In this document: one piece after another, positions 19,728-28,478 of the stretch | How the letters are laid out: every line of letters begins with the position of its first letter | Numbering within the stretch: position 1 is the stretch's first letter | IMG/VR virus record: IMGVR_UViG_3300042310_000427 | Span: 2,371-66,370 of that record | Reading direction: 5' to 3' (one strand) | Source: a virus | DNA length: 64,000 nt | The notes under the pieces: generated by a model | Told to the model about the DNA's origin: nothing | Databases searched by the model: none | Seen by the model: the letters and a program-made list of their open reading frames with translations, nothing else | Program-made: the position numbers and the translations under genes

Positions 19728-21119
19728 ATGGCAGTACCTTCAATAGCCGGAAATTTTCAAACGAATATCGTTTCCGCATTCGACGTTTTAAAACCTGATG
19801 TATTATCTAAATTATTCAAACAATATGGTGATCAAGGTTTAAATTGGTTTTTAACATTAAACCAATTAGGGTTCGTAAACCCAGTAGCAAATCAAATCTT
19901 CAATCACTATGAAGATGATTTGAAAAATCCAACATTTACTGCAAGAGCATTGGTTGCACAACCAGCAGCAGGAGCAGCTTTATTGGTAACATTAGCAGCA
20001 GTTGATGTTGACACTAACAACAATTTCTACCCAAGAGTAGGTGACCAAGTTTACTTTAAAGGTGGACAAACAGGTATCATCACTTCAATTAACGTAAGTA
20101 CACCAGCACAACCGGTATTAACTATCAGTCCTGTGTCTGCAACTTACCAATTGCCAGGTGTTGCTTTAGGTGAAGAAATGAGTATTATATCTGGTGCATT
20201 CTCTGAGGGTTCTAACCAACCTAAAGGTGCTGTAACAGGTGCAGTAAAAAGAACATTCTACACTCAAATCATTAAAGAAACTATGACAGTTACAGGTAGC
20301 CAATTGACTACTCAAACTTGGTTTGATGGTTGGATTAGCTCTGAGGACATGGTAGGTTCAGGTCAAGTATCAAGCGGTAATAGCTGGTATAACTTGCACA
20401 TGAGAGATGCTGAGTTCCGTATGGCATTAAAAACATCAGGTGCATTGTTGTTTGGTGAAGAAGGTGATGGCTCATTAATTGATGCAACAACTGGATTACC
20501 AATCTACACTACTCAAGGTTTAATTCCACAAATTAAAAAATTGGGTATGGAAGAAAACTATACTCCTGGTTCTACTTCATTAGCAGACGTTGATTCTTAC
20601 AACAGATTGTTAGACAAACAATATGCTGGTGACTTTGTAATGGGATTATTCTCTCGTCAGTACACAACTGAATTTGAAAACGCCCTATCTACTTTCTTAG
20701 CAAACACTAACATCAATTATGTTGAAAGCCAAGTCGCTTCAAGATATGGTGAAAGTGCTAAATCTATCTGTACTGATTTCAGTTCTGTAAAAAGAGGAGG
20801 AAGAACATTTATGTATCAAACATTTATGGAGTTCTCTAACAGACAAACTGTAGGTATTGCAGGTTCAGTAGCAGAATCTTATGGTGTGTTCTTACCAATG
20901 ATGACCAAAACAGATACTAAAACCAAACAAGTTGTAAATAACGTAGGTGCAAGATACAAAGCACTTGATGGTTACAGCAGAAAAATGGAAGTATGGTCAG
21001 TTAATGGTGCAGGTCCTGGTTTAAAAGTATCTCAATCAGACTTGAACAACACTTACTTAAGAAGTGAAATTGGCGCACACCAATTAGGTGTAAACCAAAT
21101 GTTATTAGTATCAGCGTAA
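19728..21119 (+). CDS. major capsid protein
   Basis: 463 aa; strongly biased high-expression codons; 'TQIIKETMTVTGS' and 'TTQGLIPQI' HK97-type motifs; followed by a terminator. Confidence 0.88.
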   Translation: MAVPSIAGNFQTNIVSAFDVLKPDVLSKLFKQYGDQGLNWFLTLNQLGFVNPVANQIFNHYEDDLKNPTFTARALVAQPAAGAALLVTLAAVDVDTNNNFYPRVGDQVYFKGGQTGIITSINVSTPAQPVLTISPVSATYQLPGVALGEEMSIISGAFSEGSNQPKGAVTGAVKRTFYTQIIKETMTVTGSQLTTQTWFDGWISSEDMVGSGQVSSGNSWYNLHMRDAEFRMALKTSGALLFGEEGDGSLIDATTGLPIYTTQGLIPQIKKLGMEENYTPGSTSLADVDSYNRLLDKQYAGDFVMGLFSRQYTTEFENALSTFLANTNINYVESQVASRYGESAKSICTDFSSVKRGGRTFMYQTFMEFSNRQTVGIAGSVAESYGVFLPMMTKTDTKTKQVVNNVGARYKALDGYSRKMEVWSVNGAGPGLKVSQSDLNNTYLRSEIGAHQLGVNQMLLVSA

Positions 21120-21139
21120 GCATAGACAAACTAAATATT

Positions 21140-21169
21140 GTGAGGGATGAAATACTCCCTCACTTTTTT
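21140..21169 (+). terminator. intrinsic terminator
   Basis: GTGAGGGA/TCCCTCAC stem plus T run. Confidence 0.85.
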
Positions 21170-21196
21170 AAATTTTAAAAAAACCAATTACACAAC

Positions 21197-22183
21197 ATGA
21201 TATACGTTAATAATGAATTAGTAAAATTCGACAAACCAAATCCATACACAAAGTTATGGGCAGAGTTCCACAAAGAGTTTGCACCTTACCTTGATGAAAC
21301 AGGGAAGTTAGTAAAACCAATCACAATCAAATACAGAGATGGCTTAACAAGGCCCGACCCTGATAACCCAGGCAAATACTTAACGCCTGCATCAAAAGGG
21401 TTGAAATTGGTATGTAATACCTATGTAGATGGATTGAGTGTTGAGATTAGATACACTAAAACTCCACCAAGAACAAATCAAAAAACAGGGGAACCTGAAT
21501 TTACAACGCAAAGTATTCCGGTAACAGGCGGTAGATTTGTAATTATGGATGACAAAGATTTAGCATTTTTCTTTTGGGCATTCAGTCCACAGAACTATGG
21601 TAAATCATCAAACATGGGTAACACAAGTGCATGGTTTATTATTGAGAACATTAGTTACGAAAATAAAGAACTTGCAGACAAAAAACGTATCAAAGCTCAA
21701 ATACAAGTTAAATTGTATGCTGATGTAGAGAACAATGGATTGTCTGATGAATCTTTGGTAGAAGTGGCTAAGTCATTAATGATACCAAATGCAGAAAGTT
21801 ACTTAAAGGATCACGATATGGATGGATTAAGGCTATTGCTTGAGAAAATGTGTGAGAACAGAGATAGAGCAGAAGAATTTTTACATGCAGCATCAAGAAC
21901 AAATGTAACAGGCAAACGCAAATCTGAAAGAGCTTATGTAATTAGAGAGGCGCTTGATATGAGAATTATCAATCAAGACTTTAAGAAAAGGTCATTCTTC
22001 CTTGCAGCCGAAGATGGTAAAAACGAAGGACAAGCACTTTACATTTGGAAACAAACAGATAAAGACCCATTAGGAGGGTTCTATACCTACTTGTATGAAA
22101 CCAATCAAGAAATGCTTAACAGCTTAGAAGAAAGGGTAGCATACCGCAAAGAAATAGCAGATGCCGAGCCGGCAGAAGCATAA
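21197..22183 (+). CDS. conserved protein downstream of the capsid gene
   Basis: 328-aa ORF in the position occupied by a conserved gene in crAss-like head modules. Confidence 0.7.
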   Translation: MIYVNNELVKFDKPNPYTKLWAEFHKEFAPYLDETGKLVKPITIKYRDGLTRPDPDNPGKYLTPASKGLKLVCNTYVDGLSVEIRYTKTPPRTNQKTGEPEFTTQSIPVTGGRFVIMDDKDLAFFFWAFSPQNYGKSSNMGNTSAWFIIENISYENKELADKKRIKAQIQVKLYADVENNGLSDESLVEVAKSLMIPNAESYLKDHDMDGLRLLLEKMCENRDRAEEFLHAASRTNVTGKRKSERAYVIREALDMRIINQDFKKRSFFLAAEDGKNEGQALYIWKQTDKDPLGGFYTYLYETNQEMLNSLEERVAYRKEIADAEPAEA

Positions 22184-22210
22184 AGATACCAGTCATGGTG
22201 TGTAGCAATT

Positions 22211-22238
22211 AAGCCAAGCAGAAATGTTTGGCTTTTTT
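22211..22238 (+). terminator. intrinsic terminator overlapping the next promoter's -33 box
   Basis: AAGCCAAGCA-GAAA-TGTTTGGCTT plus T run. Confidence 0.85.
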
Positions 22239-22322
22239 GTTTTTTATGTTATCTTTGTAGAAATATTTACGGTTTCGTTTTTCATAGTCCGGAAAGCCCT
22301 TACAGAAATGTAGGGGTTTTTT
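22227..22322 (+). ncRNA. candidate ~60-nt sRNA with an anti-start-codon segment
   Basis: TTTG-N19-TATCTTTG promoter; body ACGGTTTCGTTTTTCATAG; terminator GCCCTTACA-GAAA-TGTAGGGGT-T run. Confidence 0.6.
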
Positions 22323-22364
22323 GGTTTAAAGAAAATGTATTATATTTGCACAAACAATCTCACC

Positions 22365-22838
22365 ATGTTAAATTCAAATACTCAAATGTATGTTGATTTA
22401 TTAGATAAATACAACTACAAACCAATCCACTCAGACGACAACACAATTCTTTTTATGTATGAAAAACATACAATGAAAGTGTACCCAAAATTAAACACAT
22501 TCTTTTATCAAGGCAAAACCTATAAAGGAATTGATAAGTTGGAACAAATGTTAAACCCAAGCAAAATTGAGTTGCCAAAAAATGAAAAATTATATAGAAA
22601 AATCATATACATACATCAGGGCAAAAAAATAGTACCTAAGAAAGTATCAAGATTAATGGCTTTGTATTATGAGGTATTGGTTACAAATGGATTTGTATGT
22701 GAGGTGTTAAAAAGCGAGATACGAATACAATTTAAAGGATCAACTATTAAAATATTCCCAAATAAACAATGGCATACAGGCAAAACAATAAAAGATTGTA
22801 GGGGTATTGATAATTTATTAAGTCAATTAGGTATATAA
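22365..22838 (+). CDS. hypothetical protein with internal duplication
   Basis: CACC-ATG start behind TATATTTG; two '(M/I)K(V/I)(Y/F)P...GK...GIDxLxxxL' halves. Confidence 0.7.
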   Translation: MLNSNTQMYVDLLDKYNYKPIHSDDNTILFMYEKHTMKVYPKLNTFFYQGKTYKGIDKLEQMLNPSKIELPKNEKLYRKIIYIHQGKKIVPKKVSRLMALYYEVLVTNGFVCEVLKSEIRIQFKGSTIKIFPNKQWHTGKTIKDCRGIDNLLSQLGI

Positions 22839-22850
22839 ACACCAACATTG

Positions 22851-22930
22851 TATATTTGCAATGTCTTTTATTCGGCAAAAGACATTTCGGACTTAATCCT
22901 TGTGAGATTGTGATTAAGTCCGATTTTTTT
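22851..22930 (+). ncRNA. candidate two-hairpin sRNA
   Basis: TATATTTG, 10-bp hairpin AATGTCTTTT/AAAAGACATT, then 12-bp TCGGACTTAATC/GATTAAGTCCGA stem with T7. Confidence 0.55.
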
Positions 22931-22931
22931 A

Positions 22932-23087
22932 TTTGGAAATATGAAAAATAATATTATCTTTGTACCTGAAACAATAGTTTCACCTTTTGTGTGATAAAAG
23001 GACTAAGATATTTAAGATATACAATTTAACGATTGTACCATAAAAGTAACCTAATTCTTATCACACAGGAGTTAGGTTCTTTTTTTT
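22932..23087 (+). promoter_or_regulatory. promoter plus terminator/antiterminator leader
   Basis: TTTG-N19-TATCTTTG; the 5' hairpin loop GTGTGAT is complementary to the terminator loop ATCACAC. Confidence 0.65.
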
Positions 23088-23129
23088 ATAATCGGTTCAT
23101 ATCTGAATACCTTACCAAAAATTCGTAGA

Positions 23130-23407
23130 TTATAATTAAAAGTAAAAATAGTTATTATAAACGGTACACACATAAGTCCAGCAATGTCCTAACCTGACAA
23201 CTGGCGACTCAAACAGAAATGTTCGTGTGTGCTGACGTAAAGACCCAATGTAATAAGGTTAAAATCTTATTGCAGAAATCAGTAAGAATTGGGGAGGGAA
23301 CGAATTGTTATTTTGGCTATATTCTAAGATTCCTGTTAGATAATTAATCTCTTGGGGGCTCAATAGTACCTTTGAGGGATAAAGGACTTGGTGCGCACCG
23401 ACCACAC
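23130..23407 (+). ncRNA. candidate large structured RNA
   Basis: ORF-free, locally GC-enriched, with multiple nested stems, G-U pairs and a GAAA tetraloop. Confidence 0.55.
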
Positions 23408-23458
23408 TTATTTTTGTCATTTTAAACAATCAATCACAAATTTTCCTACATTTGCAAC

Positions 23459-23701
23459 ATGAATGATTTTTTAAATACCGCAATAGGCAGTTGGTTAAAA
23501 GTTTACATAACTGGCGTTTTAATGTTTGTTGTTGCCAATGGTGGAATACGAAGCATTGATTGGGTAACTGCATTAGAGGCAACCTTAGTCAGTTCATTGC
23601 CTGTTTTAATTAATTACCTTAATCCAAAAGATACAAGGTATGGTAGTAAGAAAAAAATAGAAGATTTTAAACCTGAAAAAACAGATAAAATAACAGAATG
23701 A
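23459..23701 (+). CDS. holin
   Basis: 80 aa, two hydrophobic segments, 'YLNPKDTRYG', charged tail, overlaps the amidase start. Confidence 0.8.
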   Translation: MNDFLNTAIGSWLKVYITGVLMFVVANGGIRSIDWVTALEATLVSSLPVLINYLNPKDTRYGSKKKIEDFKPEKTDKITE

Positions 23702-24267
23702 GAAGATTATTTATTTCGGCCGGGCATTCGGCAAATGGAGGAATTGATAAAGGAGTTCCACCAACACCATTTAGTAAAGGCAAAACAGAAGGCGAATTAA
23801 CACTTGCTTTAAGAAATTCACTTGCAGATACATTAAAGGGCATGGGAATCGAGGTGCATAAAGATAAAGATACCAATGCACTAAAAGAAACTTTGGCACA
23901 CATTAAAAATATCTTTACCTCAAAACCGAATGATATTTTAATTGACATACATTTCAACGCCTTTAATGGCAAGGCAAATGGAGTAGAAGTAATTATACCA
24001 ACGGCAGCATCTATAAAAGAAGTAACCATAGCACAAAGAGTGTGTGAGTTATTTAGCAACTTTGGATTTAAAAACAGAGGTGTGAAGGATGAAAAAAGAA
24101 CTGCAAGGGGAACACTTGGTTGGATGCGCCCATCAGGGGAGAATATTTTAATAGAAGTATGTTTTATGGATAACGAAGGTGATATGAAGATCTACTTTGA
24201 GAAATTCCAAGAGATACAATACACATTGGCATTATTACTAAGAGATGAATTTTTAAAGAACAGTTAA
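23698..24267 (+). CDS. endolysin, N-acetylmuramoyl-L-alanine amidase (Amidase_3)
   Basis: 'ISAGH...E...IDIHFNA...ILIEVCFMDN' zinc and catalytic motifs. Confidence 0.93.
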   Translation: MRRLFISAGHSANGGIDKGVPPTPFSKGKTEGELTLALRNSLADTLKGMGIEVHKDKDTNALKETLAHIKNIFTSKPNDILIDIHFNAFNGKANGVEVIIPTAASIKEVTIAQRVCELFSNFGFKNRGVKDEKRTARGTLGWMRPSGENILIEVCFMDNEGDMKIYFEKFQEIQYTLALLLRDEFLKNS

Positions 24268-24283
24268 AAAAATGTAAAACACC

Positions 24284-24361
24284 ATGGCGTACAGACCTAA
24301 AAAAACTCAGACAAAAGCAGTAAGGGTTACGGACAATGCGCCAGAACAAAACGAAAAATGA
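24284..24361 (+). CDS. 25-aa microprotein in the lysis cassette
   Basis: ACACC-ATG start; stop overlaps the next ATG (ATGA). Confidence 0.4.
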   Translation: MAYRPKKTQTKAVRVTDNAPEQNEK

Positions 24362-24876
24362 ATCAGTATTTAAAGACCATACTAAAAGCAGCAATACTAA
24401 TTGGAGTAATTGCTATGTTACTTTCAAGTTGCACCACGCAACAAAAAGCCAATAGAAAAATTAAATGGCTCAAAGACCACAATTATCTGACCACAAAAAA
24501 GGACACTATAAGAGATACAATCCCTGAATACAAAGATACAGGCAGTATTAAGTTGCTTGTAGAGTATGATAGTATTGATAAGTGGAACCTTAAAGATACT
24601 TGCTACACTAAAGGCAGGGCAAATAGAATATTGTCTGTAGTAAAAATTGATTCAGTAAAAGTAGATAACGATAGAATAAAGCTCACCATTTGGATGGGCA
24701 AGGATGGTAAAATAATGTATGACTATAATGTAAAAGAGGTTATTGTAGAAAAACCAATAGAAGTTCCAATCCTAAAAGATTGCCCCAAAGAGAAATGGTG
24801 GGAAAAGTTTTGGATAGGATTTGTGGTGGCAGTTGTGGTGGGAGTTATATTGGGATTTTTGTTTCGGAGAAAATAA
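24358..24876 (+). CDS. unimolecular-spanin-like lipoprotein
   Basis: signal peptide with LSSC lipobox plus a C-terminal TM helix (FWIGFVVAVVVGVILGFLF-RRK); follows the endolysin. Confidence 0.75.
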   Translation: MNQYLKTILKAAILIGVIAMLLSSCTTQQKANRKIKWLKDHNYLTTKKDTIRDTIPEYKDTGSIKLLVEYDSIDKWNLKDTCYTKGRANRILSVVKIDSVKVDNDRIKLTIWMGKDGKIMYDYNVKEVIVEKPIEVPILKDCPKEKWWEKFWIGFVVAVVVGVILGFLFRRK

Positions 24877-24883
24877 AAACAAA

Positions 24884-24912
24884 ACAACCTATTTTATAAA
24901 TGCTTAAATTTG
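24884..24912 (+). promoter_or_regulatory. putative late promoter ACAACCTA-N17-TTTG
   Basis: exact motif copy. Confidence 0.75.
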
Positions 24913-24931
24913 CTACCAATAAACAAATACA

Positions 24932-27136
24932 ATGGCATTTTCAGCATCAAACCTCAATATTGAATTAGTCTATGATTTATCAAATAGCCCAAAAGATTTT
25001 AAATTAATAGATAATACAGACTACACCGCAGAAACATATTCTAATGTTTTAGGATTATTAAGGGCGGTTGATCCAAGTGGTTTACAATTTTACAATAATG
25101 TAAATTATGGCTCACCAGATATTGATTATGGTGTGTCTGATGAATCTTCTTTCTTAGGAAGTTTACCATTAGAAAACTCATTAGTTAAAAATGGCATCTA
25201 TAATTTTACTTACACAGTAAAGATTGAAGATATGTTACAATCACATCTTGTGGTATCAAGTAACATAGCAGCCAAAACCTTTACAGTATTAGGCAATATT
25301 GCAAGTCAAATTACAGATGCAACAGCAGCAGGGTGGGAGATAATTGATGCAGGAACAACCGCATTAACAATTGTATCGGCAACTTATTCAGCAACAACCG
25401 GACTAACAACCGTAACCGTTAATGAAACATTACCAAGTTTATCAACACTTGCAGAGTTCCAATTCACAGTAGATGTGATTTACTCAAAAGCATTTTCACA
25501 AAATTATACTTACCAATCTCCAGAAGTTTGTATCAATTGGACATCTGAGGAATGTTCCTCAAGCATGACCATTACAGATATAACTGCATACCCAAGTGGT
25601 GCATCAATCACAAGGCTACATACAGTTAAATATCCAGAAGGAATGTTAGTTCCTGAATCAGATGTAGTAAGTCCATTACAAACATTTAGCATTAGTCCAA
25701 TTTGGACAGGCACATGGGTGAATGTATTTACCGCAGATGTGGATACTGCCAATGGGATTATAACAATCATTGACGAGCTTAGAAGCGTAAAAAGATTTAC
25801 CGTAAGTGCATCACAAACATTATGTGAGGTGTCAAGTTGCTTGTCAAATATGGCAACCAAATATGCTCAGTATTTAGTGTCAGCACCAAACAAAGCATTG
25901 GAAATGGCTAAGTTTATTAACCAGGCAAGTGCAGCGTTTATGGCATACACCGCAGCAAAACAATGTGGCCAAGATGATTGTGATATTTACTTAGATATAA
26001 TACTTGCAACTGCAACCCAATGTGGATGTGGATGTAACGATTGTGGTCCATGTGATGACCAAACACCAACACAAATAGTAGGGTGTTGCCAAAATGTAGG
26101 TGGAAGTGGAAATACAATATTAATAATCTCAACAGATGGTAGTATTACAATCTCATCCAATACAGTAGGAACAACAACCACATTTGATATTGAAATAAAT
26201 GGCGCATTTGTAACCAACCTTGCCGAGCAAGCAATAGCAGCAGCAAGTATTAATGATTTGCTTGATGTAAACACAGGCAATATAGCAGCAGCCAATGGAC
26301 AAGCATTAATATGGAGTGCAGGCACAAGCAGATGGGTAAGAGGTTCAGTAATCGGTTCACTTGTAACATTAACCGATGTTGACGATACAGGACTTGCAAA
26401 CGGAATGGTTCTTTATTGGGATAACGCAACCTCAACCTTTAAGTTTAGATTAGAAACAGTACCTAATTTGAATGATTTGGGAGATGTAACAATTACAAGT
26501 GTTGCAAACGGACAAATTATAAAATGGAATGGAAGTGCATGGGTAAACACAGCCAACACTTATAGATTATTAGGCGATGTAAACGATAGTGGACTTGCCA
26601 ATGGAAACTCATTTAAGTGGGATAGCGGAACAAGTAGATTTATACCATTTGCACCTAAATTAACTCTTGCAGCATTAGATGATGTTGCAGCAAGTTTAGT
26701 AGGTGTAGGAAACAGAATACAATATAATTCAGGAACAGCTCTTTGGGATGGAATAGGAATACCAAGTGTAAGTTCACTATTAAGTTACCAAGCAGGGTTT
26801 GCAGCAGGAACAACAGCAGGTTTTAGTAATGCAGGTGCATTCTTTGACCCTGTTACTGGCATTGTAACACTAATCGGAGTTATTACAAACTCAGGTGGTG
26901 CAGCATTAATACCTACATGGGTGGCAAGTGTACCAACCGCAATGATACCGGCAGTAGAAGTTCCTATTACAATACATGTTGGAATAGGCGCAACATCATA
27001 CATTGCCATGGGTTCAATAGCAGCAGGTACAGGAAACATTGTAATATCTAAACACTACACAGGTGCAGCCATTGTAAATGGTATTCCGGCAGGTGGATTA
27101 TGCTTAGAAGGAATCTCTTACAGATTAAATAGATAA
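24932..27136 (+). CDS. virion fibre/tail-hub protein
   Basis: Cys-rich cluster (CGCGCNDCGPC) followed by LxDLxDV...NG..I.W repeats typical of fibres. Confidence 0.75.
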   Translation: MAFSASNLNIELVYDLSNSPKDFKLIDNTDYTAETYSNVLGLLRAVDPSGLQFYNNVNYGSPDIDYGVSDESSFLGSLPLENSLVKNGIYNFTYTVKIEDMLQSHLVVSSNIAAKTFTVLGNIASQITDATAAGWEIIDAGTTALTIVSATYSATTGLTTVTVNETLPSLSTLAEFQFTVDVIYSKAFSQNYTYQSPEVCINWTSEECSSSMTITDITAYPSGASITRLHTVKYPEGMLVPESDVVSPLQTFSISPIWTGTWVNVFTADVDTANGIITIIDELRSVKRFTVSASQTLCEVSSCLSNMATKYAQYLVSAPNKALEMAKFINQASAAFMAYTAAKQCGQDDCDIYLDIILATATQCGCGCNDCGPCDDQTPTQIVGCCQNVGGSGNTILIISTDGSITISSNTVGTTTTFDIEINGAFVTNLAEQAIAAASINDLLDVNTGNIAAANGQALIWSAGTSRWVRGSVIGSLVTLTDVDDTGLANGMVLYWDNATSTFKFRLETVPNLNDLGDVTITSVANGQIIKWNGSAWVNTANTYRLLGDVNDSGLANGNSFKWDSGTSRFIPFAPKLTLAALDDVAASLVGVGNRIQYNSGTALWDGIGIPSVSSLLSYQAGFAAGTTAGFSNAGAFFDPVTGIVTLIGVITNSGGAALIPTWVASVPTAMIPAVEVPITIHVGIGATSYIAMGSIAAGTGNIVISKHYTGAAIVNGIPAGGLCLEGISYRLNR

Positions 27137-27142
27137 TAAAAC

Positions 27143-27826
27143 ATGACAGTTGAAGATATAAGAAATTGGGTTAATTACGAGCTTAACAAACATCAAACAG
27201 GGGATACTCTTTCAAAAGACGAGTATAACCTTTGTTTGAAGTGGGCCAATCAAGAGTATTTTAAGATTAAATACTCATTGCCTGAGCAGTATCAACCTGG
27301 ACAACCACTTGCAGGGCAAGCATGGGCAGTTACTCAAGAAAGCATTGATGCTTTAAGTCCATTCCTTATTGGAAAGGGCGGAAAAGACTATCCTGAATTA
27401 AAGGTAGATGCCAATGGTTTTGCAAGTTACCCAAGTGATTATGTCCATGTATCTTCAATTAGGTATGGTAAAAAACCAGTAGAGGTTGTAAGCAATGATG
27501 TGTTAGGAGATAGATTAGATAGTCCAATAGTAAATCCTACCAAGCAATACCCAATCTGTTGTTTTTATTCTAACTACATTCAGTTTTACCCAGAGGATTT
27601 AGCCTTTGTAAAATTTGATTACTTAAGGATGCCACAAACACCGGTATGGGCAGCAACAATAGTAAATGACGAATATGTTTACAATCCAAATGCAAGTATC
27701 CAATTAGAGTGGCCCGAGTTCACTCATATAGATATTGCAAACTTAATTGTAAATTACGCAGCAAAAAATCTTAGAGATTTTGATATGGTCCAAATAAGCC
27801 AACAAAGAAAATTACAAGGAGAATAA
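27143..27826 (+). CDS. tail ring/tubular protein
   Basis: size, position and 'YPSDY...FDYLRMP' pattern of podoviral ring proteins. Confidence 0.7.
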   Translation: MTVEDIRNWVNYELNKHQTGDTLSKDEYNLCLKWANQEYFKIKYSLPEQYQPGQPLAGQAWAVTQESIDALSPFLIGKGGKDYPELKVDANGFASYPSDYVHVSSIRYGKKPVEVVSNDVLGDRLDSPIVNPTKQYPICCFYSNYIQFYPEDLAFVKFDYLRMPQTPVWAATIVNDEYVYNPNASIQLEWPEFTHIDIANLIVNYAAKNLRDFDMVQISQQRKLQGE

Positions 27827-27830
27827 TTAA

Positions 27831-28475
27831 ATGACAAAAGCACAATTCATAGAGCTTGTAAAAAGAAACCTTCAAGGGGGTGATGGTAATGCCGAACTTA
27901 GAGGTAGATACCACCAAAGAGAAATAGAGCTTTATATAAGTATGGCATTTGATGCCTCCTTAAATTCAAGGCTTAACGAAAAACAAGAGTACAGAGAAGA
28001 TTTAGGAATAAACAATTGGAAGTACGATGCCTTAACAAAATCTTTTGTAGTGCCTATTTTAGAGGACACAGTTAGGCAAAGAAGATACTCAGAGTTACCA
28101 GAAAACATCTTATCTATCGCCAATAATGGCGGTATAAGAATGATTTGCCCGGTACATGAAGAATCAACTCAGTTTTTCCCAAGAGCATTAACCGATACTT
28201 TCTTAATGGATGGATTGGATGTTGGTCAACTAAGTGGACTAATTTATTTTAGTCTTGAAAAGAAAAGAGTTTATTACTCAGGTGATATGGATTGCACTTG
28301 GAAAGATGTCTTAATGAAACTTGCAGTTAAGTTTGAAGAACTTGAAGATGATGATGATTTTGACATCCCTGATGGAAAAGATTTGGAGATATTCCAAGCA
28401 GTAATTCAATTAATGAACGCTAAGAACCCGATGGATATTGTTTCGGATAGCACAGCACAACAAACAACAAAATAA
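27831..28475 (+). CDS. tail ring protein
   Basis: synteny; 214 aa. Confidence 0.6.
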   Translation: MTKAQFIELVKRNLQGGDGNAELRGRYHQREIELYISMAFDASLNSRLNEKQEYREDLGINNWKYDALTKSFVVPILEDTVRQRRYSELPENILSIANNGGIRMICPVHEESTQFFPRALTDTFLMDGLDVGQLSGLIYFSLEKKRVYYSGDMDCTWKDVLMKLAVKFEELEDDDDFDIPDGKDLEIFQAVIQLMNAKNPMDIVSDSTAQQTTK

Positions 28476-28478
28476 AAA

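Noticed and set aside
23232-23282. Hammerhead ribozyme (CTGACGT...GAAA)
   Set aside because: The core does not match CUGANGA and the stems do not fit the hammerhead topology.
23353-23407. tmRNA or tRNA-like ends (GGGGGCT...ACCA)
   Set aside because: No acceptor-stem pairing, T-arm or tag reading frame.
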